60,703 nt of DNA, from positions 1 to 60,703 of the forward strand of contig JBFMFK010000005.1 in NCBI GenBank assembly GCA_040752125.1, in the 5' to 3' direction. A model generated the notes under the pieces. That model saw only the letters and a program-made list of their open reading frames with translations. It did no database searches and was not told the origin of the DNA. This DNA comes from Patescibacteria group bacterium (GTDB taxonomy: Bacteria > Patescibacteriota > Minisyncoccia > UBA9983). Below are positions 52,746 through 60,703 of this stretch, piece after piece (positions within the stretch are counted from its first letter, which is position 1; each line of letters starts with the position of its first letter). The translations under genes and the position numbers were made by a program.

Positions 52746-55192
52746 TGAATCCTTTGAATTATGTTTTTTGGTATTATCTCAAGGCGCCTTTGGATATTTT
52801 AAAAATCTGGTCTAATTTCTTAAGATTTTTCTGGAAATATTTTTTGCCCATTCCCGAACTTTTCAAGACACTCTTTAAGCCCTGGAAAAGAGATATCACA
52901 AGATATTCAGTGGCTACACGGGGATTGGATTTGAAGATGATATTTGAGAGTATTGGTTTTAATCTCATCAGTCGAGCCATCGGATTCTTTATAAGATTAG
53001 CGGCAATACTCCTCGCTTTGCTCATAGAAATTTTTGTGCTTGTCTTCGGAGTTCTATTCTTCCTTTTTTGGTTTGTCTGGCCTATTTTTTTAATTTTCTC
53101 ATTTTTTTATTTCCAAAAACCCGTTTTTCTTATTGCCCTGATATTTGTTCTTGTTTCCTTTATTTTCTATCTTAATACCAGAGAAAGATCTCCTGAACAG
53201 ATGGATTTAAGAGAAATTTTAAATCAAAAATGGTCACCCAACATCTGGGCAAGATTAGGATTGACCTTTAAGGAAATACCATCTCGCGTCTTGAATGATC
53301 CGGAAAGCAATCTCATCGTTTTTCTTGAACAAAAAAACATAAAGCAGAAGGATTTTGAGACTGTTTTGAATTGGGAAGTGTCAGAACAGAAAGAAAAATA
53401 TTCCCAAAAAAGATTTTGGCAGGAACAGAATCTCTTCTCTTTCAAGGGTTTGGGGACGGATTGGACATATGGTTATGCAGCCTTACTTGAAGGTTATGCT
53501 AGACCGATCAAAGTTTTAACAGAACAGGAACATCTGATAGACCGAGAAGAAGAATTAAAATTGATAGAAATAAATCTTTTAAAAAGCAAACAGAGCAATG
53601 TTCTGATTATTGGGGAGGCAGGCGTCGGGAAAATGAGTTTAGTGCAAAAGTTTGCCCGAATGGTTGAGTCTGGAAATGTTTCTCCGAATTTGGCATATAG
53701 AAAGGTGCTTGCGCTTGATCTCAAACAGGTTTTGGCAGGCTTAAATACTGTTGGCCAGATGGAAGAAAGAATAATGAAAGTTCTCAATCAAGCCAAATCT
53801 GCAGGAAATTTTATTTTGGTTATAGACAATTTTCATGATTTTATTGGCGGCTCTGAAAATTTGGGCGAAAGGGATCTTAGCCATTTTTTAGCACCGTTTT
53901 TAGAAGGTGGTCATTTCCAGTTGATCGCCCTAACCACTTATAAAGGTTTGCATGAACGCATAGATAAAAGCGGATTGATGAAATTTTTTGAAAAAGTGGA
54001 AGTAAAAGAATTGGATAAAGAATATGTCAAAATTGTCTGCCAAGACAGCGTAGCTGAGATAGAATCTCGGGTTCCTGCAAAGATTACTGTCCAAGCCATA
54101 AATGAGATCGTAGAAAGATCTGATTTACTTATCACCGATATGCCGTTTCCTGAAAAGGCTGTTGATCTTATGGAGGAAACAGCCATTTATGTTGCCCAAA
54201 AAACTCAAGATTATTTTGTGATGCCAAATCATGTAGATCAAGTTTTAACAGAAAAAACCGAAGTTCCAATTGGTCAGCTTGAATCTGAAGAAAAACAGAA
54301 ACTAGCAAACCTAGAAGAAATTCTCCACAAGAAAATTATTGACCAAGAACAAGCAGTCAATGACATTGCCTCTGCAATGAGAAGAAGCCGTCTGGAATTA
54401 TCTGAAAAAAGAAGGCCGATTGGCAGTTTTCTTTTTATGGGGCCTACTGGCGTAGGTAAAACAGAGACAGCCAAGGCTTTAGCTGAAATATATTTTAGCT
54501 CTGAAGAAAGAATGAATCGATTTGATATGTCAGAATTTCAAGGGCCGGATGCTGTGGGGAAAATGATAGGATCAGACATCACTGGTTCAACCGGTCTTTT
54601 AACGACAACGGTTAAAGAAAATCCGTTTTCTCTTTTACTTTTAGATGAGATAGAGAAGGCAGATTCAGAAGTCTTAAATCTTTTTCTTCAGGTTCTGGAT
54701 GAGGGGTGGATTACGAATGCCTTTGGTGAGAAAGTAAATTTCAGAAATCAAATAATCATTGCCACTTCCAATGCCGGCTCAGAACTTATCAGGGAGAGCA
54801 TTAAGGATATAGCCAGTGGCCAGATTGATGAAAGAGAATTAAAACAAAAATTAATTGATTTTGTCTTGAAAAAAGGTTTATTTCGGCCTGAGTTCATAAA
54901 TCGTTTTGACGGTGTGGTTGTGTTTAGGCCCTTATCTAAAGAGCATTTAATAAAAATAGCGGAATTGATGCTTAATAGTCTAAAGAAGAGATTGGAAAAA
55001 CAGGACTTAATATTCAATTTCGGATCCAACCTGATAAACAAGGTGGCCGAGCTTGGATATGATCCTGAAAATGGTGCTCGGCCAATGAGAAGAGTGATTC
55101 AAGAAAAATTAGAAGATTTAATTGCCAAAAGACTTCTAAACGATAAAATTCAAAAAAAAGTTCCATTTGAAATCAAATCAGAAGATATTTAA
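52745..55192 (+). CDS. ClpB/ClpC-like double-AAA+ protein with an N-terminal membrane domain and a degenerate first nucleotide-binding domain
   Basis: About 4 TM segments in the first 150 aa. NBD1 has GEAGVGKMS and LVIDNFHDF. NBD2 is canonical: GPTGVGKTETAKALA, LLLLDEIEKA and the GARPMRR sensor 2. Confidence 0.75.
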   Translation: MNPLNYVFWYYLKAPLDILKIWSNFLRFFWKYFLPIPELFKTLFKPWKRDITRYSVATRGLDLKMIFESIGFNLISRAIGFFIRLAAILLALLIEIFVLVFGVLFFLFWFVWPIFLIFSFFYFQKPVFLIALIFVLVSFIFYLNTRERSPEQMDLREILNQKWSPNIWARLGLTFKEIPSRVLNDPESNLIVFLEQKNIKQKDFETVLNWEVSEQKEKYSQKRFWQEQNLFSFKGLGTDWTYGYAALLEGYARPIKVLTEQEHLIDREEELKLIEINLLKSKQSNVLIIGEAGVGKMSLVQKFARMVESGNVSPNLAYRKVLALDLKQVLAGLNTVGQMEERIMKVLNQAKSAGNFILVIDNFHDFIGGSENLGERDLSHFLAPFLEGGHFQLIALTTYKGLHERIDKSGLMKFFEKVEVKELDKEYVKIVCQDSVAEIESRVPAKITVQAINEIVERSDLLITDMPFPEKAVDLMEETAIYVAQKTQDYFVMPNHVDQVLTEKTEVPIGQLESEEKQKLANLEEILHKKIIDQEQAVNDIASAMRRSRLELSEKRRPIGSFLFMGPTGVGKTETAKALAEIYFSSEERMNRFDMSEFQGPDAVGKMIGSDITGSTGLLTTTVKENPFSLLLLDEIEKADSEVLNLFLQVLDEGWITNAFGEKVNFRNQIIIATSNAGSELIRESIKDIASGQIDERELKQKLIDFVLKKGLFRPEFINRFDGVVVFRPLSKEHLIKIAELMLNSLKKRLEKQDLIFNFGSNLINKVAELGYDPENGARPMRRVIQEKLEDLIAKRLLNDKIQKKVPFEIKSEDI

Positions 55193-55214
55193 TCATATCT
55201 TAAAATCTTCGCCG

Positions 55215-57326
55215 TTATTCTGGATGAAAATCTAGTTTTTGTTCCTTTAGTCTTTTAAAAATTAAGGGATAATTTTTTAGAGTCGGATCTTCTTTAATAA
55301 TCGCCTGCGATTCAATCTGTGCAGCCTCAACCATTTTTATGTTTTTTAATGCCTCCATACCAATATCAGAGATGCCCCATTGCTTTGTCCCGCCCAGCTC
55401 TCCTGGTCCCCTGAATTGTAAATCATATTCTGCCAATTCAAAACCATTCCTGGCATTTACTAAAGCATTTAATCTCTGTCTTGTTTTTAAAGAGTTAGAT
55501 TCAGTGAAAACAAAACAATAAGGCTGGAAGGTACTGCGGAGTACTCGGCCCCGTAATTGATGTAATTGAGCCAAACCAAAACGTTCTGCACCTTCAATAA
55601 CAATTATTGTGGCATTAGGAACATCTATCCCGACTTCAATTACTGAAGTAGAAACCAAAATCTGAATTTTATTATTCCGAAAATGATTCAAAACTTTTTC
55701 TTTTTCTTTAGGTAACATTTTCCCGTGGAGCATCCCTATTTTAAATTCCGGGAAGATCTCTTTCTGTAAGATTTCAAATTCTTTTTTAACAGCCTTGACA
55801 TTTAGGGCATTGAATTTTTCTAGATCTGGTTCATCAATACGCGGACAAATGATATACGCTTGTCGCCCGGATTTTATTTCTTTTCTTATTTTCTCATAGG
55901 CCTTCTCTCTCTCATCAGAACCGACAATTATGGTGATAATTTTTTTCCTTCCAACAGGCATCTCGTCGAGAAGGATTAAATCCAAATCATTGTAAATTGT
56001 CAGAGCCAAGGTGCGAGGAATGGGCGTGGCAGTCATAGATAAAAGGTGGGGGATTGATTCTGATTTTTGTCTTGCTAGAATCGCACGTTGTCTTGTACCA
56101 AAACGATGCTGTTCATCAATGATGACAAAAGCAAGATTTTTAAACTTTACCTTATCTTGGATGAGAGATTGTGTGCCGATTAAAATCGGTATCTCTCCGT
56201 TTTCCACCCATTTCAGCAACTGGCTTTTTGAGATATGAGTTGAATCTTTGACATTAATCTTAGAGGGATATTTTCTACATTCAGAAGATGTAATCAATCC
56301 TATCTTTGTGGTCAATTGCAATTGGGAGAAATAGTTTATAAATGATTGAAAATGTTGTTGGGCCAAAATTTCTGTTGGTGCCATATAAGCCACCTGATAA
56401 TTTTTTCTGATTATTGCGTATGAAGCAGCCACAGCCACAGCTGTTTTTCCAGATCCAACATCACCTTCTAGAAGACGACACATCGGATAATCTTTCGAAA
56501 AATCATCAATAATACGCTCAATTGCATTTTTCTGAGCATTAGTGAGAGTGAAAGAGAAAGTGGCCATAAAATTATTAATCTCCTCTCTATTGATTGTGAC
56601 CTTAAAAGAATGATGGCTTTTGTAATGAATTCTGTTTTTTAGTCCGGCAAGTTGTAGAAAAAATATTTCTTCAAAGGCAAATCTTTTACGTGCAGCTTCT
56701 GCATCTTTTGTGGTTTTGGGAATGTGGATATAGATCAAGGAGGATTTAAGTTTAGGCAGATGGTAAGTGTTGAGAATTCTTTCTGGGAGAGGATCTTGAG
56801 GAAATTCATCCAAATTTTTTAAAATTTTTTTTATAGCCGCTCTTATCCATTGGGAAGTAATCCCTCGGATTTCCGGGTAAATTGCCACAATATTTTTACC
56901 CTTGCCGATTTCTTGATAAGAATCTATTTTTTCATAAAGAGGGTTAGCAATGTAAAGTCCTGATTTACCAAAAGCAATTTTGCCAGTTAAGGCCACCTTA
57001 TCCCCGGGTTTTAAAATTTTTGCAATGTATGGCTGACGAAACCAGATGGCCTTGATAATACCAGTACTGTCGCTTATCTCGGCCTGGGTAAAGTAATATT
57101 TTCTATGAAACGATTTTTCAGAACTAACTTCTGCAATCTTTCCATAAACAATAGTTTTATCTCCTTCAACCAACTCGCTGATATTTTTTCTTTCTGAAAA
57201 AGATTCATAGCGCGAAGGAAAGTAAAAACACAGATCTTTAACAGTCTTCAAACCTAGTTTCAAAAGCGCATTTTTTTGTCTTTCGGCAAGTCTAAAATTT
57301 TTTTCAAGCAGAGAGTCAATTTGCAT
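55215..57326 (-). CDS. recG: ATP-dependent DNA helicase RecG
   Basis: OB wedge region. LLEGDVGSGKT (Walker A), IIDEQHRFG (DEQH), SMTATPIPRTLA, and the TRG-like motif QLHQLRGRVLR. Confidence 0.9.
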   Translation of the reverse strand: MQIDSLLEKNFRLAERQKNALLKLGLKTVKDLCFYFPSRYESFSERKNISELVEGDKTIVYGKIAEVSSEKSFHRKYYFTQAEISDSTGIIKAIWFRQPYIAKILKPGDKVALTGKIAFGKSGLYIANPLYEKIDSYQEIGKGKNIVAIYPEIRGITSQWIRAAIKKILKNLDEFPQDPLPERILNTYHLPKLKSSLIYIHIPKTTKDAEAARKRFAFEEIFFLQLAGLKNRIHYKSHHSFKVTINREEINNFMATFSFTLTNAQKNAIERIIDDFSKDYPMCRLLEGDVGSGKTAVAVAASYAIIRKNYQVAYMAPTEILAQQHFQSFINYFSQLQLTTKIGLITSSECRKYPSKINVKDSTHISKSQLLKWVENGEIPILIGTQSLIQDKVKFKNLAFVIIDEQHRFGTRQRAILARQKSESIPHLLSMTATPIPRTLALTIYNDLDLILLDEMPVGRKKIITIIVGSDEREKAYEKIRKEIKSGRQAYIICPRIDEPDLEKFNALNVKAVKKEFEILQKEIFPEFKIGMLHGKMLPKEKEKVLNHFRNNKIQILVSTSVIEVGIDVPNATIIVIEGAERFGLAQLHQLRGRVLRSTFQPYCFVFTESNSLKTRQRLNALVNARNGFELAEYDLQFRGPGELGGTKQWGISDIGMEALKNIKMVEAAQIESQAIIKEDPTLKNYPLIFKRLKEQKLDFHPE

Positions 57327-57783
57327 AAATTATGACAATATCTTCAATCTTGATGTTGTTTTTTTGCGCAAAACCTGAATTTGTCTCTAAAACATATCTT
57401 GCTGGCCCGACAGGATGATAAGTTGCACAACTTTGCTCTTTGCAGGGCAGGGCTTTTTGGATGTCTACTATCTTAAAATTATTGTTTATCCAGATTATAT
57501 CTAAGGGCAAGAAGGTATTTTTCATCCAAAAAGGATAATAATCTTCTTTGTCAAAAGTAAAAAGCATGCCGTAATTTTCTTTCAATTCCTTTCTAAACAT
57601 TAATCCACGAGCTTGGTCCATAGCTGTTTCGGCAATCTCTGATTTAACGCAAATATTATTATTAAAGCAGACAAATGCATACTTGGGGGAGATATTTCCA
57701 TCTTTTAACCAAAAGAAAAATAAAAACAGAAACAATGCAGAAAAAAGCAGTGCTGTTAAAAGAAAAAGTTTTAAAAAATTCAT
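57316..57783 (-). CDS. DUF192-family secreted/membrane-anchored protein
   Basis: ..ARGLMFR..L....GMLF.F......FWMKNT..PLDIIWI.. is the DUF192 signature. Confidence 0.7.
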   Translation of the reverse strand: MNFLKLFLLTALLFSALFLFLFFFWLKDGNISPKYAFVCFNNNICVKSEIAETAMDQARGLMFRKELKENYGMLFTFDKEDYYPFWMKNTFLPLDIIWINNNFKIVDIQKALPCKEQSCATYHPVGPARYVLETNSGFAQKNNIKIEDIVIIYAN

Positions 57784-57795
57784 TATACCCCAATT

Positions 57796-58596
57796 TTAAT
57801 GAAGCGTGCTATCAAAAAGAATGCCGTTTGCCCAATAGAATCCAGTCTCCCCCGAGGGTAATATATCATATGTTGAATCTTGATTACAGGGGACACGTTC
57901 TGTACTGACAACAGAGACACCGTTATAAATATCACCGGCCGCAAGATTACCAACAGTACGTCCGTCAATGGTGGGATGACCAGGAGAGATGAACAGCTTT
58001 CTGCCATTACCTAGCACCAAATAAACCATTTGATGTGTCATTGTTAGGGCCACTCTCGACGTCTTTATAATGACACCGGGAACACGAAGACCGGTTTTAT
58101 TAGTTGTCCAGATTGGCATTCCAATCTTTAAATCTTTGACTGGCACCAATCCTAAGGGCGTATCAATAAGCGTATCGCCAGCCAGACAGATGGGGCAGCC
58201 ACCATAGGGTGGCTGTATGACAATTTTATTAAAAGTTATAGTCTGGCCAGGAAAATCAATATTTATGAGTTTTTCTGATACGCCCTCACAGGTATATCCT
58301 ATATCATCTCCGATACGCAGAATTTTAGGAGAACCAGGATCATTTGGTCTCTCAATGGGATATTTTGCAAACCAAAGACCTTCAACACTGTCAGGATTAA
58401 TCTTTTGAATCAAGAAAGAGCCTTCTCTTTCACCAATGGTCTTATTTATTTTTTCAACATCGGGGATCGATGTTAGTATTGGTTTGGGAGGAGGAACAGT
58501 TTGCTGTTTCAAATAAAAATAAACGCCTGCGCTAGCAATCATAATGACAACTATGACTAAGATAATATTCACAAATCCTTTTTTGTTCATATTCAA
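57796..58596 (-). CDS. Membrane-anchored protein ending in a Hint (Hedgehog/intein-like) autoprocessing domain with no C-extein
   Basis: N-terminal TM anchor and a ~110-aa unknown domain. This is followed by ..PYGGCPI|CLAGDTLIDTPLGLVPVKDLKIG.. (intein block A-like), ..LFISPGHPT.. (block B-like) and ..FYWANGILFDSTLH* at the very C-terminus. Confidence 0.7.
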   Translation of the reverse strand: MNMNKKGFVNIILVIVVIMIASAGVYFYLKQQTVPPPKPILTSIPDVEKINKTIGEREGSFLIQKINPDSVEGLWFAKYPIERPNDPGSPKILRIGDDIGYTCEGVSEKLINIDFPGQTITFNKIVIQPPYGGCPICLAGDTLIDTPLGLVPVKDLKIGMPIWTTNKTGLRVPGVIIKTSRVALTMTHQMVYLVLGNGRKLFISPGHPTIDGRTVGNLAAGDIYNGVSVVSTERVPCNQDSTYDILPSGETGFYWANGILFDSTLH

Positions 58597-59387
58597 TTTT
58601 TTTGTCTTTGATAGCGCATGCTAAAGAAGGCAACTAGACCGACAACGGCAAGACCAACAAATATTAATGTGATTAATGATCTGTCAGTTTCCGCATACTG
58701 TTTGGTGCCTTGTGAAATCGGTATTGTTGTTATAACTGGAGATGAATCCTTGCTTTGAGTTGTTGGTTCCGCATTTTGAGTAATCTTGAAGTTTAATCCT
58801 GCACTTTTTACCAATGGTTCTTTTTTTAGCGTTGTGATCCATAATTGTTCTTCTCCGACAGGAACCTTGACAACTCCCCATAGATGGATAGTTGCTGCAG
58901 AAGAATTCTCAGAGACGATATCAAGGATTCCCAAGTCTTTAAATGAATCAATAAGATTTCTTATATTTCTTTCTGTCGCAGTATTATTGAATAGGACAAT
59001 TAATACAATGCCCCCATACTTTTCAATGTATGTAAATGAAACAGGCCATGAGCTGACTAAAATTGACATCTTGCCATACATCTCCTTGTCCTTGTTTATA
59101 ATTTCTTTCACCAAAGCATCGCGTAAAGAGAAATCATCAATAATTTCTTTGGGTATTTGGATATATGCCCGGAGAGAAGAAATTTGAACAAAAAATGGGC
59201 CCTCTTTCCATTGTAGATAATGAGAATTTATTACATTTTTTACTTGTTGTTCTGTGGCATTATTTGTAAACTCTACTATGATTTCGCCGGGAACATATTC
59301 ATTTTCTGCATTAACATTGAAAGTAGCGGCTAAAATCAAGAGTATCGCTATGAACAAAAAATTTTTGTTGTATATAAAAAATTCCAT
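58593..59387 (-). CDS. Secreted protein with two alpha/beta repeats (subtilase-propeptide-like by eye) and a C-terminal motif-TM-basic tail
   Basis: Signal peptide ..FNVNA|EN. YVPGEIIVEFTNNATEQQVKNVI and GGIVLIVLFNNTATERNIRNLI repeats. C-terminus YAETD-RSLITLIFVGLAVVGLVAFFSM-RYQRQKN. Confidence 0.5.
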   Translation of the reverse strand: MEFFIYNKNFLFIAILLILAATFNVNAENEYVPGEIIVEFTNNATEQQVKNVINSHYLQWKEGPFFVQISSLRAYIQIPKEIIDDFSLRDALVKEIINKDKEMYGKMSILVSSWPVSFTYIEKYGGIVLIVLFNNTATERNIRNLIDSFKDLGILDIVSENSSAATIHLWGVVKVPVGEEQLWITTLKKEPLVKSAGLNFKITQNAEPTTQSKDSSPVITTIPISQGTKQYAETDRSLITLIFVGLAVVGLVAFFSMRYQRQKN

Positions 59388-59472
59388 TTAAATTAATTTC
59401 AGAATACATCATCAATTGGTAAAATACAACAATCGCCAAATTTGATTTTAATATCTTTCGTTAAAAAGATTC

Positions 59473-60078
59473 TCAAAATGGAAGGTCGTTTGAATTATTT
59501 CCGAGGCGATAACCAATGAAATATCCTCCTGTACCGCCTAGATCCCATATAATTTTGCCGCATGAGGAGCCGTCCCCGTTATCCACTTTGTCATCCGCCT
59601 CTTCCACGACATCCAATAATGTCTGGTCCCAAATATTCAAAAATACACCGTTCCAAATCGACCCATCCGCGCATCCGTCACCATTCGTATCAAAGGTATC
59701 GCCATCATTGTCATAAACATAAAGATTTGTATCAATGCCGGCGTTTCCTGAGAGCCAATCGCCCAAAGCGAAGTTTTCTGCAAGACAAGTTATGGTCGGC
59801 TCATCCTCAGAACTTCCGGATGTCCCACACGTCGGTAAAAAATCATCCTCATGCCACCATTCTATGATACCTTCCTCTATTCCCCATCCCGCAAGGGCTT
59901 TTGCGATCTGATTAGAATCGCTGACAAGTTTTGCCGCTTTTGCTTTTGTCCTCGCGGAATTTAAACTCACCAAAACTATTGATGCCAGAATTCCGATTAT
60001 TGCTATTACAATCAGCAGTTCAATGAATGTAAATCCTCTCGGTATCAAAAAAAAATTAGATTTTTGTTTTATAAACAT
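59473..60078 (-). CDS. Type IV pilin (candidate major pilin) with an Asp/Gly-rich Ca-binding-like C-terminal region
   Basis: Class-III signal ..LIPRG|FTFIELLIVIAIIGILASIVLVSL. DNDGDTFDTNGDGCADGS motif. TATATT box 6 nt upstream of the ATG on the minus strand. Confidence 0.85.
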   Translation of the reverse strand: MFIKQKSNFFLIPRGFTFIELLIVIAIIGILASIVLVSLNSARTKAKAAKLVSDSNQIAKALAGWGIEEGIIEWWHEDDFLPTCGTSGSSEDEPTITCLAENFALGDWLSGNAGIDTNLYVYDNDGDTFDTNGDGCADGSIWNGVFLNIWDQTLLDVVEEADDKVDNGDGSSCGKIIWDLGGTGGYFIGYRLGNNSNDLPF

Positions 60079-60099
60079 TGAAAGAATATAAAATCGTAT

Positions 60100-60470
60100 C
60101 GAGAATACAGTAGTACTCTTGTTGCTGCCAGTATCTTATCGCGAGGTTCACAGCTTCTCTCGAAGCAGAACCGTTGGCTACATCAGCGATGCCACTTCCA
60201 TTTGCTTGCTGCGCTGGTGCGGGGAAACGGAACTGGCTGGGCTCGGCGGGCGGAATTCCTTCCACACCCCCCCTTCCGCCCGCCGAGCCCGCGTAGCAGG
60301 CGAGCCAAACCTTTCTTTTTTCAACTGGCGGTGTATTTTAAAAATAGCTCGAACTGAATTCTGTCCTCGCCGCGCACAGCGCGGCTCGGAATGGGCGGGC
60401 GAGCAAAAATGAGCGGCTCCGCCGCGAACATTCCAAACTGCAAAAGAACCTGAAAACAAATCGGCTCGAA
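60100..60470. other. G+C-rich, hairpin-dense non-coding island (candidate structured RNA or mobile-element terminus)
   Basis: Abrupt rise in G+C relative to the rest of the window. A perfect 16-bp inverted repeat pairs 60239-60254 with 60275-60290, with a 20-nt C-rich loop. A second hairpin is at 60369-60385. A recurring GGCGGGCG/CGCCCGCC motif is present. The ORFs here have no protein-like sequence. Confidence 0.4.
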
Positions 60471-60582
60471 CCATATTTTGTAAGGGCAAAAGAAATTTTT
60501 TCATAAATTCATAAATACATAAGAAATCTCCAAAAATGGCCTAAAATAGGCCTATTTTTGTCTATTTCCAATTAGACATAAT

Positions 60583-60703
60583 TATCCCCAATAGCTTGTA
60601 ATCACCTGAAGTGGGGTTTGCAAATTGATTCCTAAATGCAATCTCTGTTCATTGTAATATTTTAAATAATGAGACAGAGCTTTATTGATAATACTAACAT
60701 CTT
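60583..60703 (-). mobile_element. 3' end of a DDE (rve-type) transposase/integrase gene; the IS element continues beyond the window
   Basis: The minus strand reads DVSIINKALSHYLKYYNEQRLHLGINLQTPLQVITSYWG*, the characteristic YN..R.H..L...TP C-terminal block of rve-domain transposases. Confidence 0.6.

Noticed and set aside
60056-60504. Three ORFs (60056-60265 minus, 60119-60412 plus, 60178-60504 minus) in the G+C-rich island.
   Set aside because: They are mutually overlapping on both strands. Their Arg/Ala/Gly/Ser-rich translations are the kind expected from any open frame in G+C-rich DNA. No start-site signals are present. Hairpins and repeats explain the region better.
1-60703. CRISPR arrays, cas genes, reverse transcriptases/DGRs (including a variable repeat at the 3' end of the pilin gene), prophage blocks and rRNA genes.
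   Set aside because: I found no regularly spaced direct repeats, no RT motifs (YxDD) in any ORF, no template/variable repeat pair, and no capsid or terminase-like ORFs.

Overview
This is a low-G+C, tightly packed bacterial chromosome segment. From gene content I infer a Patescibacteria/CPR-like genome: minimal type IV pilus set, split ComEC, ComM, a Gram-positive-style T4SS-like locus, many HEPN/MNT modules, DUF763, an H+-pyrophosphatase and almost no Shine-Dalgarno sites. This assignment is not proven. The standard genetic code is in use, since TGA terminates rsmA and smpB.

Content from left to right:
- comM (5' partial), LysM-M23 peptidase, pcrA, rsmA, and a frameshifted lnt.
- A Cys-rich orphan protein.
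- An 11-gene T4SS-like locus (7.6-18.7 kb): VirB6-like, PrgI/VirB3-like, VirB4 and VirB2-like pilin plus unassignable secreted proteins. No relaxase or coupling protein is present.
- hppA and nusA.
- A two-component system followed by pilB, pilC and four pseudopilins.
- tpiA, pgk, dedA.
- A toxin-antitoxin island (RelE-like pair, HEPN/MNT pairs, decayed copies) interleaved with recJ and rnhA.
- Split comEC, ndk, a promoter-to-terminator candidate ncRNA, a beta-CASP MBL nuclease and a permease.
- A fused MNT-HEPN protein.
- An EndoQ-like PHP/Zn-ribbon nuclease interrupted by a 364-aa LAGLIDADG intein.
- The smpB-ssrA(tmRNA)-infC-rpmI-rplT operon.
- ftsH, tRNA-Ile(UAU), DUF763, a membrane-anchored ClpB-like ATPase and recG.
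- A pilin operon encoding a protein with a terminal Hint (Hedgehog/intein-like) autoprocessing domain.
- A G+C-rich structured island next to a partial DDE transposase at the window edge.

No CRISPR array, rRNA gene or reverse transcriptase was seen. All family assignments come from motif reading by eye; no searches were run.
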